The notes below the pieces were generated by a model. It had not been told where the DNA came from. It saw only the letters and a program-made list of their open reading frames with translations, and did not search any database. A DNA stretch of 64,000 nucleotides from Eledone cirrhosa. Taxonomy: Eukaryota. The position numbers and the translations under genes were made by a program. This document shows, in pieces, positions 12,301 to 26,700 of the stretch (the stretch's first letter is position 1; each line of letters begins with the position of its first letter). The stretch spans positions 212,536,001 to 212,600,000 of the forward strand of contig OZ024741.1 in the NCBI GenBank assembly GCA_964016885.1. The letters run 5' to 3'.

Positions 12301-15300
12301 GCTGATGTTGTTGGTGGTGTTACTGCTGTTGTTGTTGGTGGTGTTACTGCTGATATTGTTGGTATTGTTACAGTTGTTGTTGTTGCTGGCGTTACTGCTG
12401 TTGTTGTTATTGGTGTTACTGCTGTTGTTGTTGTTGGTGATACTGCTGCTGTTGTTGGTGGTGTTACTGCTGTTGTTGTTGGTGGTGTTACTGCTGTCGT
12501 TGTTGGTGGTATTATTGTTGTTGTTGTTGTTGGTGTTACTGTTGTTGTTGTTGTTGGTGTTACTGCTGTTGTTGTTAGTGGTGTTACTGCTGTTGTTGTT
12601 GGTGGTATTACTGCTGTTGTTGTTGTTGGTGTTACTGCTGTTGTTGTTGGTGGTGTTACTGCTGTTGTTGTTGGTGGTGTTACTGCTGTTGTTGTTGGTG
12701 GTGTTACTGCTGTTGTTGTTGTTGTTGGTGTTACTGCTGCTGTTGGTGGTGTTACTGCTGTTGTTGGTGGTGGTGTTACTGCTGTTGTTGTCGGTGTTGT
12801 TACTGCTGTTGTTGTTGGTGGTGTTACTGCTGTTGTAGTTGTTGGTGATACTGCTGCTGTTGTTGGTGGTGTTACTGCTGTTGTTGTTGGTGGTGTTACT
12901 GCTGTCGTTGTTGGTGGTATTATTGTTGTTGTTGTTGTTGGTGTTACTGTTGTTGTTGTTGTTGGTGTTACTGCTGTTGTAGTTGTTGGTGATACTGCTG
13001 CTGTTGTTGGTGGTGTTACTGCTGTTGTTGTTGGTGGTGTTACTGCTGTCGTTGTTGGTGGTATTATTGTTGTTGTTGTTGTTGGTGTTACTGTTGTTGT
13101 TGTTGTTGGTGTTACTGCTCTTGTTGTTGGTGTTACTGCTGTTCTTGTTGTTGTTGGTGTTACTGCTGGTGTTGTTGTTGGTGGTGTTACTGCTGGTGTT
13201 TTTGTTGGTGGTGTTACTGCTGTTGTTGTTGTTGGTGTTACTGCTGTTGTTGTTGTTGGTGTTACTGCTGTTGTTTTTGTTGGTGTTACTGCTGTTGTTG
13301 TTGGTGGTGTTACTGTTGTTGTTGTTGGTGGTATTACTGCTGTTGTTGTTGTTGGTGTTATTGCTGGGGCTGTTGTTGTTGGTGGTGTTACTGCTGATGT
13401 TGTTGGTGGTGTTACTGCTGTTGTTGTTGGTGGTGTTACTGCTGATATTGTTGGTATTGTTACAGTTGTTGTTGTTGCTGGCGTTACTGCTGTTGTTGTT
13501 ATTGGTGTTACTGCTGTTGTTTTTGTTGGTGTTACTTCTGTTGTTTTTGTTGGTGTTACTGCTGTTGTTGTTGTTGGTGTTACTGCTGTTGTTTTTGTTG
13601 GTGTTACTGCTGTGGTTGTTGGTGGTGTTACTGCTGTTGTTGGTGGTGGTGTTACTGCTGTTGTTGTTGTTGGTGTTGCTGCTGCTGTTGTTGTTGGGGT
13701 TACTTCTGTGTTGCTGCTGCTGTTACTGTTGTTGTTGTTGGTGGTGTTACTGCTGTTTTTGTTGGTGGTGTTACTGCTGTTGTTGTTGGTGTTGTTACTT
13801 CTGTTGTTGTTGTTGGTGGTGTTACTGCTGTTGTTGTTGTTGGTGTTACTGCTGCTATTGTTGGTGGTGTTACTGCTGTTGTTGTTGGTGGTGTTACTGC
13901 TGTTGTTGTTGGTGGTATTATTGTTGTTGTTGTTGTTGGTGTTACTGTTGTTGTTGTTGTTGGTCTTACTGCTGTTGTTGTTGTTGGTGTTACTGCTGTT
14001 GTTGTTGTTGGTGTTACTGCTGTTGTTGTTGTTGGTGTTACTTCTGTTGTTGTTGGTGGTGTTACTGCTGTTGTTTTTGTTGTTGTTACTGCTTTTGTAT
14101 TTGTTGGTGTTACTGCTGTTGTTGTTGTTGGTGATACTGTTGTTGTTGTTGGTGGTTTTACTGCTGTTGTTGTTGTTGGTGTTACTGCTGTTGTTGTTGT
14201 TGGTGTTACTGCTGTTGTTGTTGTTGGTGTTACTGCTGTTGTTTTTGTTGGTGTTACTGCTGTTGTTTTTGTTGGTGTTACTGCTGTTGTTTTTGTTGGT
14301 GTTACTGCTGTTGTTGTTGGTGGTGTTACTGCTGTTGTGGTTGGTGGTGTTACTGCTGTTGTTTTTGTTGGTGTTACTGCTGTTGTTTTTGTTGGTGTTA
14401 CTGCTGTTGTTGTTGGTGGTGTTACTGCTGTTGTTGTTGGTGGTGTTACTGCTGTTGTTTTTGTTGGTGTTACTGCTGTTGTTTTTGTTGGTGTTACTGC
14501 TGTTGTTGTTGTTGGTGTTAATGCTGTTGTTTTTGTTGAAGTTACTGCTGTTGTTGTTGTTGGTGTTACTGCTGTTGTTTTTGTTGGTGTTACTGCTGTT
14601 GTTGTTGTTGGTGTTACTGCTGTTGTTTTTGTTGGTGTTACTGCTGTGGTTGTTGGTGGTGTTACTGCTGTTGTTGGTGGTGGTGTTACTGCTGTTGTTG
14701 TTGTTGGTGTTGCTGCTGCTGTTGTTGTTGGTGTTACTGCTGTGTTGCTGCTGCTGTTACTGTTGTTGTTGTTGGTGGTGTTACTGCTGTTGTTGTTGGT
14801 GGTGTTACTGCTGTTGTTGTTGGTGTTGTTACTGCTGTTGTTGTTGTTGGTGGTGTTACTGCTGTTGTTGTTGTTGGTGTTACTGCTGCTATTGTTGGTG
14901 GTGTTACTGCTGTTGTTGTTGGTGGTGTTACTGCTGTTGTTGTTGGTGGTATTATTGTTGTTGTTGTTGTTGTTGATGTTACTGTTGTTGTTGTTGTTGG
15001 TCTTACTGCTGTTGTTGTTAGTGGTGTTACTGCTGTTGTTGTTGGTGGTATTATTGTTGTTGTTGTTGTTGGTGTTACTGTTGTTGTTGTTGTTGGTCTT
15101 ACTGCTGTTGTTGTTAGTGGTGTTACTGATGTTGTTGTTGGTGGTATTATTGTTGTTGTTGTTGTTGGTGTTACTGTTGTTGTTGTTGTTGGTGTTACTG
15201 CTGTTGTTGTTGGTGGTATTACTGCTGTTGTTATTGTTGGTGTTACTGCTGTTGTTGTTGGTGGTGTTACTGCTGTTGTTGTTGGTGGTGTTACTGCTGT

Positions 15301-17702
15301 TGTTGTTGGTGGTGTTACTGCTGTTGTTGTTGTTGGTGTTACTGCTGCTGTTGTTGGTGGTGCTACTGCTGTTGTTGTTGGTGGTGTTACTGCTGTTGTT
15401 GTCGGTGTTGTTACTGCTGATGTTGTTGGTGGTGTTACTGCTGTTGTTGTTGTTGGTGGTGGTGTTACTGCTGTTGTTGTTGTTGGTGTTACTGCTGTTG
15501 TTGTTGGTGGTGTTACTGTTGTTGTTGTGGGTGGTATTACTGCTGTTGTTGTTGTTGGTGTTACTGTTGTTGTTGTTGTTGGTGTTACTGCTGTTGTTGT
15601 TGGTGGTGTTACTGCTGTTGTTGGTGGTGTTACTGCTGTTGTTGTTGGTGGTGTTACTGTTGTTGTTGTTGGTGGTGTTACTGCTGTTGTTGTTGGTGGT
15701 GTTACTGTCGTTGTTGTTGGTGATGTTACTGCTGTTGTTGTTGTTGCTGTTGTTACTGCTGATGTTGTTGGTGGTGTTACTGCTGTTGTTGTTGTTGGTG
15801 GTGGTGTTACTGCTGTTGTTGTTGTTGGTGTTACTGCTGTTGTTGTTGGTGGTGTTACTGTTGTTGTTGTGGGTGGTATTACTGCTGTTGTTGTTGTTGG
15901 TGTTACTGTTGTTGTTGTTGTTGGTGTTACTGCTGCTGTTGTTGGTGGTGTTACTGCTGTTGTTGTTGGTGGTGTTACTGCTGTTGTTGTTGGTGGTGTT
16001 ACTGCTGTTGTTGTTGTTGGTGTTACTGCTGTTGTTGTTGGTGTCGTTACAACTGTCGTTGTTGGTGGTATTACTGCTGTTGTTGTTGTTGGTGTTACTG
16101 ATGTTGTTGTTGTTGGTGTTACTGCTGTTGTTGTTGGTGGTGTTACTGTTGTTGTTGTTGGTGGTATTACTGCTGTTGTTGTTGTTGGTGTTACTGTTGT
16201 TGTTTTTGTTGGTGCTACTGCTGTTGTTGTTGGTGGTGTTACTGCTGTTGTTGTTGGTGGTGTTACTGCTGTTGTTGTTGGTGTTACTGCTGTGTTGCTG
16301 CTGCTGTCACTGTTGTTGTTGTTGGTGGTGTTATTGCTGTTGTTGTTGGTGGTGTTACTGCTGTTGTTGGTGGTGTTACTGCTGTTGTTGTTGGTGGTGT
16401 TACTGTTGTTGTTGTTGGTGGTATTACTGCTGTTGTTGTTGTTGGTGTTATTGCTGGGGCTGTTGTTGTTGGTGGTGTTACTGCTGATGTTGTTGGTGGT
16501 GTTACTGCTGTTGTTGTTGGTGGTGTTACTGCTGATATTGTTGGTATTGTTACAGTTGTTGTTGTTGCTGGCGTTACTGCTGTTGTTGTTATTGGTGTTA
16601 CTGCTGTTGTTGTTGTTGGTGATACTGCTGCTGTTGTTGGTGGTGTTACTGCTGTTGTTGTTGGTGGTGTTACTGCTGTCGTTGTTGGTGGTATTATTGT
16701 TGTTGTTGTTGTTGGTGTTACTGTTGTTGTTGTTGTTGGTGTTACTGCTGTTGTTGTTAGTGGTGTTACTGCTGTTGTTGTTGGTGGTATTACTGCTGTT
16801 GTTGTTGTTGGTGTTACTGCTGTTGTTGTTGGTGGTGTTACTGCTGTTGTTGTTGGTGGTGTTACTGCTGTTGTTGTTGGTGGTGTTACTGCTGTTGTTG
16901 TTGTTGTTGGTGTTACTGCTGCTGTTGGTGGTGTTACTGCTGTTGTTGGTGGTGGTGTTACTGCTGTTGTTGTCGGTGTTGTTACTGCTGTTGTTGTTGG
17001 TGGTGTTACTGCTGTTGTAGTTGTTGGTGATACTGCTGCTGTTGTTGGTGGTGTTACTGCTGTTGTTGTTGGTGGTGTTACTGCTGTCGTTGTTGGTGGT
17101 ATTATTGTTGTTGTTGTTGTTGGTGTTACTGTTGTTGTTGTTGTTGGTGTTACTGCTGTTGTAGTTGTTGGTGATACTGCTGCTGTTGTTGGTGGTGTTA
17201 CTGCTGTTGTTGTTGGTGGTGTTACTGCTGTCGTTGTTGGTGGTATTATTGTTGTTGTTGTTGTTGGTGTTACTGTTGTTGTTGTTGTTGGTGTTACTGC
17301 TCTTGTTGTTGGTGTTACTGCTGTTCTTGTTGTTGTTGGTGTTACTGCTGGTGTTGTTGTTGGTGGTGTTACTGCTGGTGTTTTTGTTGGTGGTGTTACT
17401 GCTGTTGTTGTTGTTGGTGTTACTGCTGTTGTTGTTGTTGGTGTTACTGCTGTTGTTTTTGTTGGTGTTACTGCTGTTGTTGTTGGTGGTGTTACTGTTG
17501 TTGTTGTTGGTGGTATTACTGCTGTTGTTGTTGTTGGTGTTATTGCTGGGGCTGTTGTTGTTGGTGGTGTTACTGCTGATGTTGTTGGTGGTGTTACTGC
17601 TGTTGTTGTTGGTGGTGTTACTGCTGATATTGTTGGTATTGTTACAGTTGTTGTTGTTGCTGGCGTTACTGCTGTTGTTGTTATTGGTGTTACTGCTGTT
17701 GT
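9320..17702. repeat. Higher-order tandem duplication, period 4,182 bp (copy 1 about 9320-13520, copy 2 about 13502-17702)
   Basis: Matching track ORFs at constant offset 4182 (9430/13612, 10155/14337, 11345/15527, 12983/17165). Rare variants are shared (gttaatgct...gttgaagtt near 10335/14517; gtcgttacaactgtc near 11861/16043). Confidence 0.92.
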
Positions 17703-20700
17703 TGTTGTTGGTGATACTGCTGCTGTTGTTGGTGGTGTTACTGCTGTTGTTGTTGGTGGTGTTACTGCTGTCGTTGTTGGTGGTATTATTGTTGTTGTTG
17801 TTGTTGGTGTTACTGTTGTTGTTGTTGTTGGTGTTACTGCTGTTGTTGTTAGTGGTGTTACTGCTGTTGTTGTTGGTGGTATTACTGCTGTTGTTGTTGT
17901 TGGTGTTACTGCTGTTGTTGTTGGTGGTGTTACTGCTGTTGTTGTTGGTGGTGTTACTGCTGTTGTTGTTGGTGGTGTTACTGCTGTTGTTGTTGTTGGT
18001 GTTACTGCTGCTGTTGGTGGTGTTACTGCTGTTGTTGGTGGTGGTGTTACTGCTGTTGTTGTCGGTGTTGTTACTGCTGTTGTTGTTGGTGGTGTTACTG
18101 CTGTTGTTGTTGTTGGTGATACTGCTGCTGTTGTTGGTGGTGTTACTGCTGTTGTTGTTGGTGTTGTTACTGCTGTCGTTGTTGGTGGTATTATTGTTGT
18201 TGTTGTTGTTGGTGTTACTGTTGTTGTTGTTGTTGGTGTTACTGCTGTTGTTGTTGGTGGTGTTACTGCTCTTGTTGTTGGTGTTACTGCTGTTCTTGTT
18301 GTTGTTGGTGTTACTGCTGGTGTTGTTGTTGGTGGTGTTACTGCTGTTGTTGTTGTTGGTGTTACTGCTGTTGTTGTTGTTGGTGTTACTGCTGTTGTTG
18401 TTGTTGGTGTTACTGCTGTTGTTTTTGTTGGTGTTACTGCTGTTGTTTTTGTTGTTGTTACTGCTGTTGTTTATGTTGGTGTTACTGCTGTTGTTGTTGG
18501 TGGTGTTACTGCTGTTGTTGTTGGTGGTGTTACTGCTGTTGTTGTTGGTGGTGTTACTGCTGTTGTTTTTGTTGGTGTTACTGCTGTTGTTTTTGCTGGT
18601 GTTACTGCTGTTGTTGTTGTTGGTGTTACTGCTGTTGTTTTTGTTGGTTTTACTGCTGTTGTTGTTGTTGGTGTTACTGCTGCTGTTGTTGTTGGTGTTA
18701 CTGCTGTTGTGTTTGTTGGTGTTACTGCTGTGGTTGTTGGTGGTGTTACTGCTGTTGTTGGTGGTGGTGTTACTGCTGTTGTTGTTGTTGGTGTTACTGC
18801 TGTTGTTGTTGTTGGTGTTACTGCTGTGTTGCTGCTGCTGTTACTGTTGTTGTTGTTGGTGGTGTTACTGCTGTTGTTGTTGGTGGTGTTACTGCTGTTG
18901 TTGTTGGTGTTGTTACTGCTGTTGTTGTTGTTGGTGGTGTTACTGCTGTTGTTGTTGTTGGTGTTACTGCTGCTGTTGTTGGTGGTGTTACTGCTGTTGT
19001 TGGTGGTGGTGTTACTGCTGTTGTTGTTGGTGGTATTATTGTTGTTGTTGTTGTTGTTGGTGTTACTGTTGTTGTTGTTGTTGGTCTTACTGCTGTTGTT
19101 GTTAGTGGTGTTACTGCTGTTGTTGTTGGTGTTGTTACTGCTGTTGTTGTTGGTGGTGGTGTTACTGCTGTTGTTGTTGTTGGTGGTGTTACTGTTGTTG
19201 TTGTTGGTGGTGTTACTGCTGTTGTTGTTGGTGTTGTTACTGCTGTTGTTGTTGGTGGTGATACTGCTGTTGTTGTTGTTGGTGTTACTGGTGTTGTTGT
19301 TGTTGGTGTTACTGCTGTTGTTGTTGGTGGTGTTACTGCTGTTGTTGTTGGTGTTGTTACTGCTGTTGTTGTTGTTGGTGTTACAGTTGTTGTTGTTGTT
19401 GGTGTTACTGCTGTTGTTGTTGGTGGTGTCACTGCTGTTGTTGTTGGTGGTGTTACTGCTGTTGTTGTTGTTGGTGTTACTGCTGCTGTTGGTGGTGTTA
19501 CTGCTGTTGTTGGTGGTGGTGATACTGCTGTTGTTGTCGGTGTTGTTACTGCTGTTGTTGTTGGTGGTGTTACTGCTGTTGTTGTTGTTGTTGTTGTTGG
19601 TGTTACTGCTGTTGTTGTTGTTGGTGTTACTGCTGTTATTGTTGGTGGTGTTACTGTTGTTGTTGTGGGTGGTATTACTGCTGTTGTTGTTGTTGGTGTT
19701 ACTGTTGTTGTTGTTGTTGGTGTTACTGCTGTTGTTGTTGGTGGTGTTACTGCTGTTGTTGGTGGTGTTAGTGCTGTTGTTGTTGGTGGTGTTACTGTTG
19801 TTGTTGTTGGTGGTGTTACTGCTGTTGTTGTTGTTATTGGTGTTACTGCTGTTGTTGGTGGTGGTGTTACTGTTGTTGTTGTTGGTGGTATTACTGCTGT
19901 TGTTGTTGTTGGTGTTACTGTTGTTGTTGTTGGTGTTACTGCTATTGTTGTTGGTGGTGTTACTGCTTTTGTTGGTGGTGTTACTGCTGTATTTGTTGGT
20001 GGTGTTACTGCTGTGTTGCTGCTGCTGTTACTGTTGTTGTTGGTGGTGGTGTTACTGCTGTTGTTGTTGGTGGTGTTACTGCTGTTGTTGGTGGTGTTAC
20101 TGCTGTTGTTGTTGCTGGTGTTACTGCTGTTGTTGTTGGTGGTGTTACTGTTGTTGTTGTTGTTACTGCTGATGTTGTTGTTGGTGTTACTGCTGGTGTT
20201 GTTGTTGGTGTTACTGCTGATGTTGTTGTTGGTGGTGTTACTGTTGTTGTTGTTGTTACTGCTGATGTTGTTGTTGGTGTTACTGTTGTTGTTGTTGTTG
20301 GTGTTACTGCTGGTGTTGTTGTTGGTGTTACTGCTGATGTTGTTGTTGGTGGTGTTACTGTTGTTGTTGTTGTTACTGCTGATGTTGTTGTTGGTGTTAC
20401 TGTTGTTGTTGTTGTTGGTGTTACTGCTGGTGTTGTTGTTGGTGTTACTGCTGATGTTGTTGTTGGTGGTGTTACTGTTGTTGTTGTTGTTAGTGTTACT
20501 GCTGTTGTTGTTGGTGGTGTTACTGCTCTTGTTGTTGGTGTTACTGTTGTTGTTGTTGTTGTTGGTGTTACTGCTGTTGTTGTTGGTGGTGTCACTGCTG
20601 CTGTTGTTGTTGGTGTTACTGCTGTTGTTGTTGGTGGTGTTACTGCTGTTGTTGTTGTTGGTGTTACTGCTGTTGTTTTTGTTGGTGTTACTGCTGTTGT

Positions 20701-23700
20701 TTTTGTTGTTGTTACTGCTGTTGTTTTTGTTGGTGTTACTGCTGTTATTGTTGTTGGTGTTACTGCTGTTGTTGTTGTTGTTGTTACTTCTGATGTTGTT
20801 GTGGGTGGTATTACTGCTGTTGTTGTTGTTGGTGTTACTGTTGTTGTTGTTGTTGGTGTTACAGCTGTTGTTGTTGGTGGTGTTACTGCTGTTGTTGTTG
20901 GTAGTGTTACTGTTGTTGTTGTTGGTGGTGTTACTGCTGCTGTTGTTGTTGGTGTTACTGCTGTTGTTGTTGTTGGTGTTACTGCTGTTGTTGTTGGTGG
21001 TGTTACTGTTGTTGTTGTTGGTGGTATTACTGCTGTTGTTGTTGTTGGAGTTACTGCTGCTGTTGTTGGTGGTGTTACTGCTGTTGTTGGTGTTACTGCT
21101 GTTGTTGTTGGTGGTGTTACTACTTTTGTTGGTGGTGTTACTGCTGTTGTTGTTGGTGGTGTTACTGCTGTGTTGCTGCTGCTGTTCCTGTTGTTGTTGT
21201 TGGTGGTGTTACTGCTGTTGTTGTTGGTGCTGTTACTGCTGTTTGTGGTGGTGTTACTGCTGTTGTTGTTGGTGGTGTTACTGTTGTTGTTGTTGGTGGT
21301 GTTACTGCTGTTGTTGCTGTTGGGGTTACAGCTGTTGTTGTTGTTGGTGTTACTATTGTTGTTGTTGGTGGTGTTACTGTTGTTGTTGTTGGTGGTATTA
21401 CTGCTGTTGTTGTTGTTGGTGTTACTGCTGGGGCTGTTGTCGTTGGTGGTGTTACTACTGTTGTTGTTGGTGGTGTTACTGCTGATGTTGTTGGTGGTGT
21501 TACCGTTGTTGTTGTTGCTGGCGTTACTGCTGTTGTTGTTGTTGCCGTTACTGCTGTTGTTGTTGTTGGTGGTGTTACTGCTGTTGTTGTTGGTGGTGTT
21601 ACTGCTGTTGTTGTTGGTGTTGTTACTGCTGTTGTTGTTGGTGGTGTTACTGCTGTTGTTGTTGTTGGCATTACTGTTGTTGTTGGCATTACTGTTGTTG
21701 TTGTTGTTGGTGTTACTGCTGTTGTTGTTGGTGGTCTTACTGTTGTTGTTGTTGGTGGTATTACTGCTGTTGTTGTTGTTGGTGTTACTGCTGTTACTGT
21801 TGGTGGTGTTACTGATGTTGTTGGTGGTGTCACTGCTGTTGTTGTTGTTGGTGTTACTGCTGTTGTTGTTGTTGGTGTTACTGCTGTTGTTGTTGTTGGT
21901 GTTACTGTTGTTGTTGTTGTTGGTGTTACTGCTGTTGTTGTTGTTGGTGTTACTGCTGTTGTTTTTGGTGGTGTTACTGCTGTTGTTTTTGTTGGTGTTA
22001 CTGCTGTTGTTTTTGTTGGTGTTACTGCTGTTGTTGTTGGTGGTGTTACTGCTGTTGTTGTTGGTGGTGTTACTGCTGTTGTTTTTGTTGGTGTTACTGC
22101 TGTTGTTTTTGTTGGTGTTACTGCTGTTGTTGTTGTTGGTGTTAATGCTGTTGTTTTTGTTGAAGTTACTGCTGTTGTTGTTGTTGGTGTTACTGCTGTT
22201 GTTTTTGTTGGTGTTACTGCTGTTGTTGTTGTTGGTGTTACTGCTGTTGTTTTTGTTGGTGTTACTGCTGTGGTTGTTGGTGGTGTTACTGCTGTTGTTG
22301 GTGGTGGTGTTACTGCTGTTGTTGTTGTTGGTGTTGCTGCTGCTGTTGTTGTTGGTGTTACTGCTGTGTTGCTGCTGCTGTTACTGTTGTTGTTGTTGGT
22401 GGTGTTACTGCTGTTGTTGTTGGTGGTGTTACTGCTGTTGTTGTTGGTGTTGTTACTGCTGTTGTTGTTGTTGGTGGTGTTACTGCTGTTGTTGTTGTTG
22501 GTGTTACTGCTGCTATTGTTGGTGGTGTTACTGCTGTTGTTGTTGGTGGTGTTACTGCTGTTGTTGTTGGTGGTATTATTGTTGTTGTTGTTGTTGTTGA
22601 TGTTACTGTTGTTGTTGTTGTTGGTCTTACTGCTGTTGTTGTTAGTGGTGTTACTGCTGTTGTTGTTGGTGGTATTATTGTTGTTGTTGTTGTTGGTGTT
22701 ACTGTTGTTGTTGTTGTTGGTCTTACTGCTGTTGTTGTTAGTGGTGTTACTGATGTTGTTGTTGGTGGTATTATTGTTGTTGTTGTTGTTGGTGTTACTG
22801 TTGTTGTTGTTGTTGGTGTTACTGCTGTTGTTGTTGGTGGTATTACTGCTGTTGTTATTGTTGGTGTTACTGCTGTTGTTGTTGGTGGTGTTACTGCTGT
22901 TGTTGTTGGTGGTGTTACTGCTGTTGTTGTTGGTGGTGTTACTGCTGTTGTTGTTGTTGGTGTTACTGCTGCTGTTGTTGGTGGTGCTACTGCTGTTGTT
23001 GTTGGTGGTGTTACTGCTGTTGTTGTCGGTGTTGTTACTGCTGATGTTGTTGGTGGTGTTACTGCTGTTGTTGTTGTTGGTGGTGGTGTTACTGCTGTTG
23101 TTGTTGTTGGTGTTACTGCTGTTGTTGTTGGTGGTGTTACTGTTGTTGTTGTGGGTGGTATTACTGCTGTTGTTGTTGTTGGTGTTACTGTTGTTGTTGT
23201 TGTTGGTGTTACTGCTGTTGTTGTTGGTGGTGTTACTGCTGTTGTTGGTGGTGTTACTGCTGTTGTTGTTGGTGGTGTTACTGTTGTTGTTGTTGGTGGT
23301 GTTACTGCTGTTGTTGTTGGTGGTGTTACTGTCGTTGTTGTTGGTGATGTTACTGCTGTTGTTGTTGTTGCTGTTGTTACTGTTGATGTTGTTGGTGGTG
23401 TTACTGCTGTTGTTGTTGTTGGTGGTGGTGTTACTGCTGTTGTTGTTGTTGGTGTTACTGCTGTTGTTGTTGGTGGTGTTACTGTTGTTGTTGTGGGTGG
23501 TATTACTGCTGTTGTTGTTGTTGGTGTTACTGTTGTTGTTGTTGTTGGTGTTACTGCTGCTGTTGTTGGTGGTGTTACTGCTGTTGTTGTTGGTGGTGTT
23601 ACTGCTGTTGTTGTTGGTGGTGTTACTGCTGTTGTTGTTGTTGGTGTTACTGCTGTTGTTGTTGGTGTCGTTACAACTGTCGTTGTTGGTGGTATTACTG

Positions 23701-26700
23701 CTGTTGTTGTTGTTGGTGTTACTGATGTTGTTGTTGTTGGTGTTACTGCTGTTGTTGTTGGTGGTGTTACTGTTGTTGTTGTTGGTGGTATTACTGCTGT
23801 TGTTGTTGTTGGTGTTACTGTTGTTGTTTTTGTTGGTGCTACTGCTGTTGTTGTTGGTGGTGTTACTGCTGTTGTTGTTGGTGGTGTTACTGCTGTTGTT
23901 GTTGGTGTTACTGCTGTGTTGCTGCTGCTGTCACTGTTGTTGTTGTTGGTGGTGTTATTGCTGTTGTTGTTGGTGGTGTTACTGCTGTTGTTGGTGGTGT
24001 TACTGCTGTTGTTGTTGGTGGTGTTACTGTTGTTGTTGTTGGTGGTATTACTGCTGTTGTTGTTGTTGGTGTTATTGCTGGGGCTGTTGTTGTTGGTGGT
24101 GTTACTGCTGATGTTGTTGGTGGTGTTACTGCTGTTGTTGTTGGTGGTGTTACTGCTGATATTGTTGGTATTGTTACAGTTGTTGTTGTTGCTGGCGTTA
24201 CTGCTGTTGTTGTTATTGGTGTTACTGCTGTTGTTGTTGTTGGTGATACTGCTGCTGTTGTTGGTGGTGTTACTGCTGTTGTTGTTGGTGGTGTTACTGC
24301 TGTCGTTGTTGGTGGTATTATTGTTGTTGTTGTTGTTGGTGTTACTGTTGTTGTTGTTGTTGGTGTTACTGCTGTTGTTGTTAGTGGTGTTACTGCTGTT
24401 GTTGTTGGTGGTATTACTGCTGTTGTTGTTGTTGGTGTTACTGCTGTTGTTGTTGGTGGTGTTACTGCTGTTGTTGTTGGTGGTGTTACTGCTGTTGTTG
24501 TTGGTGGTGTTACTGCTGTTGTTGTTGTTGGTGTTACTGCTGCTGTTGGTGGTGTTACTGCTGTTGTTGGTGGTGGTGTTACTGCTGTTGTTGTCGGTGT
24601 TGTTACTGCTGTTGTTGTTGGTGGTGTTACTGCTGTTGTAGTTGTTGGTGATACTGCTGCTGTTGTTGGTGGTGTTACTGCTGTTGTTGTTGGTGGTGTT
24701 ACTGCTGTCGTTGTTGGTGGTATTATTGTTGTTGTTGTTGTTGGTGTTACTGTTGTTGTTGTTGTTGGTGTTACTGCTGTTGTAGTTGTTGGTGATACTG
24801 CTGCTGTTGTTGGTGGTGTTACTGCTGTTGTTGTTGGTGGTGTTACTGCTGTCGTTGTTGGTGGTATTATTGTTGTTGTTGTTGTTGGTGTTACTGTTGT
24901 TGTTGTTGTTGGTGTTACTGCTCTTGTTGTTGGTGTTACTGCTGTTCTTGTTGTTGTTGGTGTTACTGCTGGTGTTGTTGTTGGTGGTGTTACTGCTGGT
25001 GTTTTTGTTGGTGGTGTTACTGCTGTTGTTGTTGTTGGTGTTACTGCTGTTGTTGTTGTTGGTGTTACTGCTGTTGTTTTTGTTGGTGTTACTGCTGTTG
25101 TTGTTGGTGGTGTTACTGTTGTTGTTGTTGGTGGTATTACTGCTGTTGTTGTTGTTGGTGTTATTGCTGGGGCTGTTGTTGTTGGTGGTGTTACTGCTGA
25201 TGTTGTTGGTGGTGTTACTGCTGTTGTTGTTGGTGGTGTTACTGCTGATATTGTTGGTATTGTTACAGTTGTTGTTGTTGCTGGCGTTACTGCTGTTGTT
25301 GTTATTGGTGTTACTGCTGTTGTTGTTGTTGGTGATACTGCTGCTGTTGTTGGTGGTGTTACTGCTGTTGTTGTTGGTGGTGTTACTGCTGTCGTTGTTG
25401 GTGGTATTATTGTTGTTGTTGTTGTTGGTGTTACTGTTGTTGTTGTTGTTGGTGTTACTGCTGTTGTTGTTAGTGGTGTTACTGCTGTTGTTGTTGGTGG
25501 TATTACTGCTGTTGTTGTTGTTGGTGTTACTGCTGTTGTTGTTGGTGGTGTTACTGCTGTTGTTGTTGGTGGTGTTACTGCTGTTGTTGTTGGTGGTGTT
25601 ACTGCTGTTGTTGTTGTTGGTGTTACTGCTGCTGTTGGTGGTGTTACTGCTGTTGTTGGTGGTGGTGTTACTGCTGTTGTTGTCGGTGTTGTTACTGCTG
25701 TTGTTGTTGGTGGTGTTACTGCTGTTGTTGTTGTTGGTGATACTGCTGCTGTTGTTGGTGGTGTTACTGCTGTTGTTGTTGGTGTTGTTACTGCTGTCGT
25801 TGTTGGTGGTATTATTGTTGTTGTTGTTGTTGGTGTTACTGTTGTTGTTGTTGTTGGTGTTACTGCTGTTGTTGTTGGTGGTGTTACTGCTCTTGTTGTT
25901 GGTGTTACTGCTGTTCTTGTTGTTGTTGGTGTTACTGCTGGTGTTGTTGTTGGTGGTGTTACTGCTGTTGTTGTTGTTGGTGTTACTGCTGTTGTTGTTG
26001 TTGGTGTTACTGCTGTTGTTGTTGTTGGTGTTACTGCTGTTGTTTTTGTTGGTGTTACTGCTGTTGTTTTTGTTGTTGTTACTGCTGTTGTTTATGTTGG
26101 TGTTACTGCTGTTGTTGTTGGTGGTGTTACTGCTGTTGTTGTTGGTGGTGTTACTGCTGTTGTTGTTGGTGGTGTTACTGCTGTTGTTTTTGTTGGTGTT
26201 ACTGCTGTTGTTTTTGCTGGTGTTACTGCTGTTGTTGTTGTTGGTGTTACTGCTGTTGTTTTTGTTGGTTTTACTGCTGTTGTTGTTGTTGGTGTTACTG
26301 CTGCTGTTGTTGTTGGTGTTACTGCTGTTGTGTTTGTTGGTGTTACTGCTGTGGTTGTTGGTGGTGTTACTGCTGTTGTTGGTGGTGGTGTTACTGCTGT
26401 TGTTGTTGTTGGTGTTACTGCTGTTGTTGTTGTTGGTGTTACTGCTGTGTTGCTGCTGCTGTTACTGTTGTTGTTGTTGGTGGTGTTACTGCTGTTGTTG
26501 TTGGTGGTGTTACTGCTGTTGTTGTTGGTGTTGTTACTGCTGTTGTTGTTGTTGGTGGTGTTACTGCTGTTGTTGTTGTTGGTGTTACTGCTGCTGTTGT
26601 TGGTGGTGTTACTGCTGTTGTTGGTGGTGGTGTTACTGCTGTTGTTGTTGGTGGTATTATTGTTGTTGTTGTTGTTGTTGGTGTTACTGTTGTTGTTGTT

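Noticed and set aside
9320-13502. The 4,182-bp period is a multiple of 3 (three -1 cassettes), suggesting frame-preserving selection
   Set aside because: This has a 1-in-3 chance, the 7,624-bp and 4,853-bp periods are not multiples of 3, and internal stops break the Thr frame anyway.
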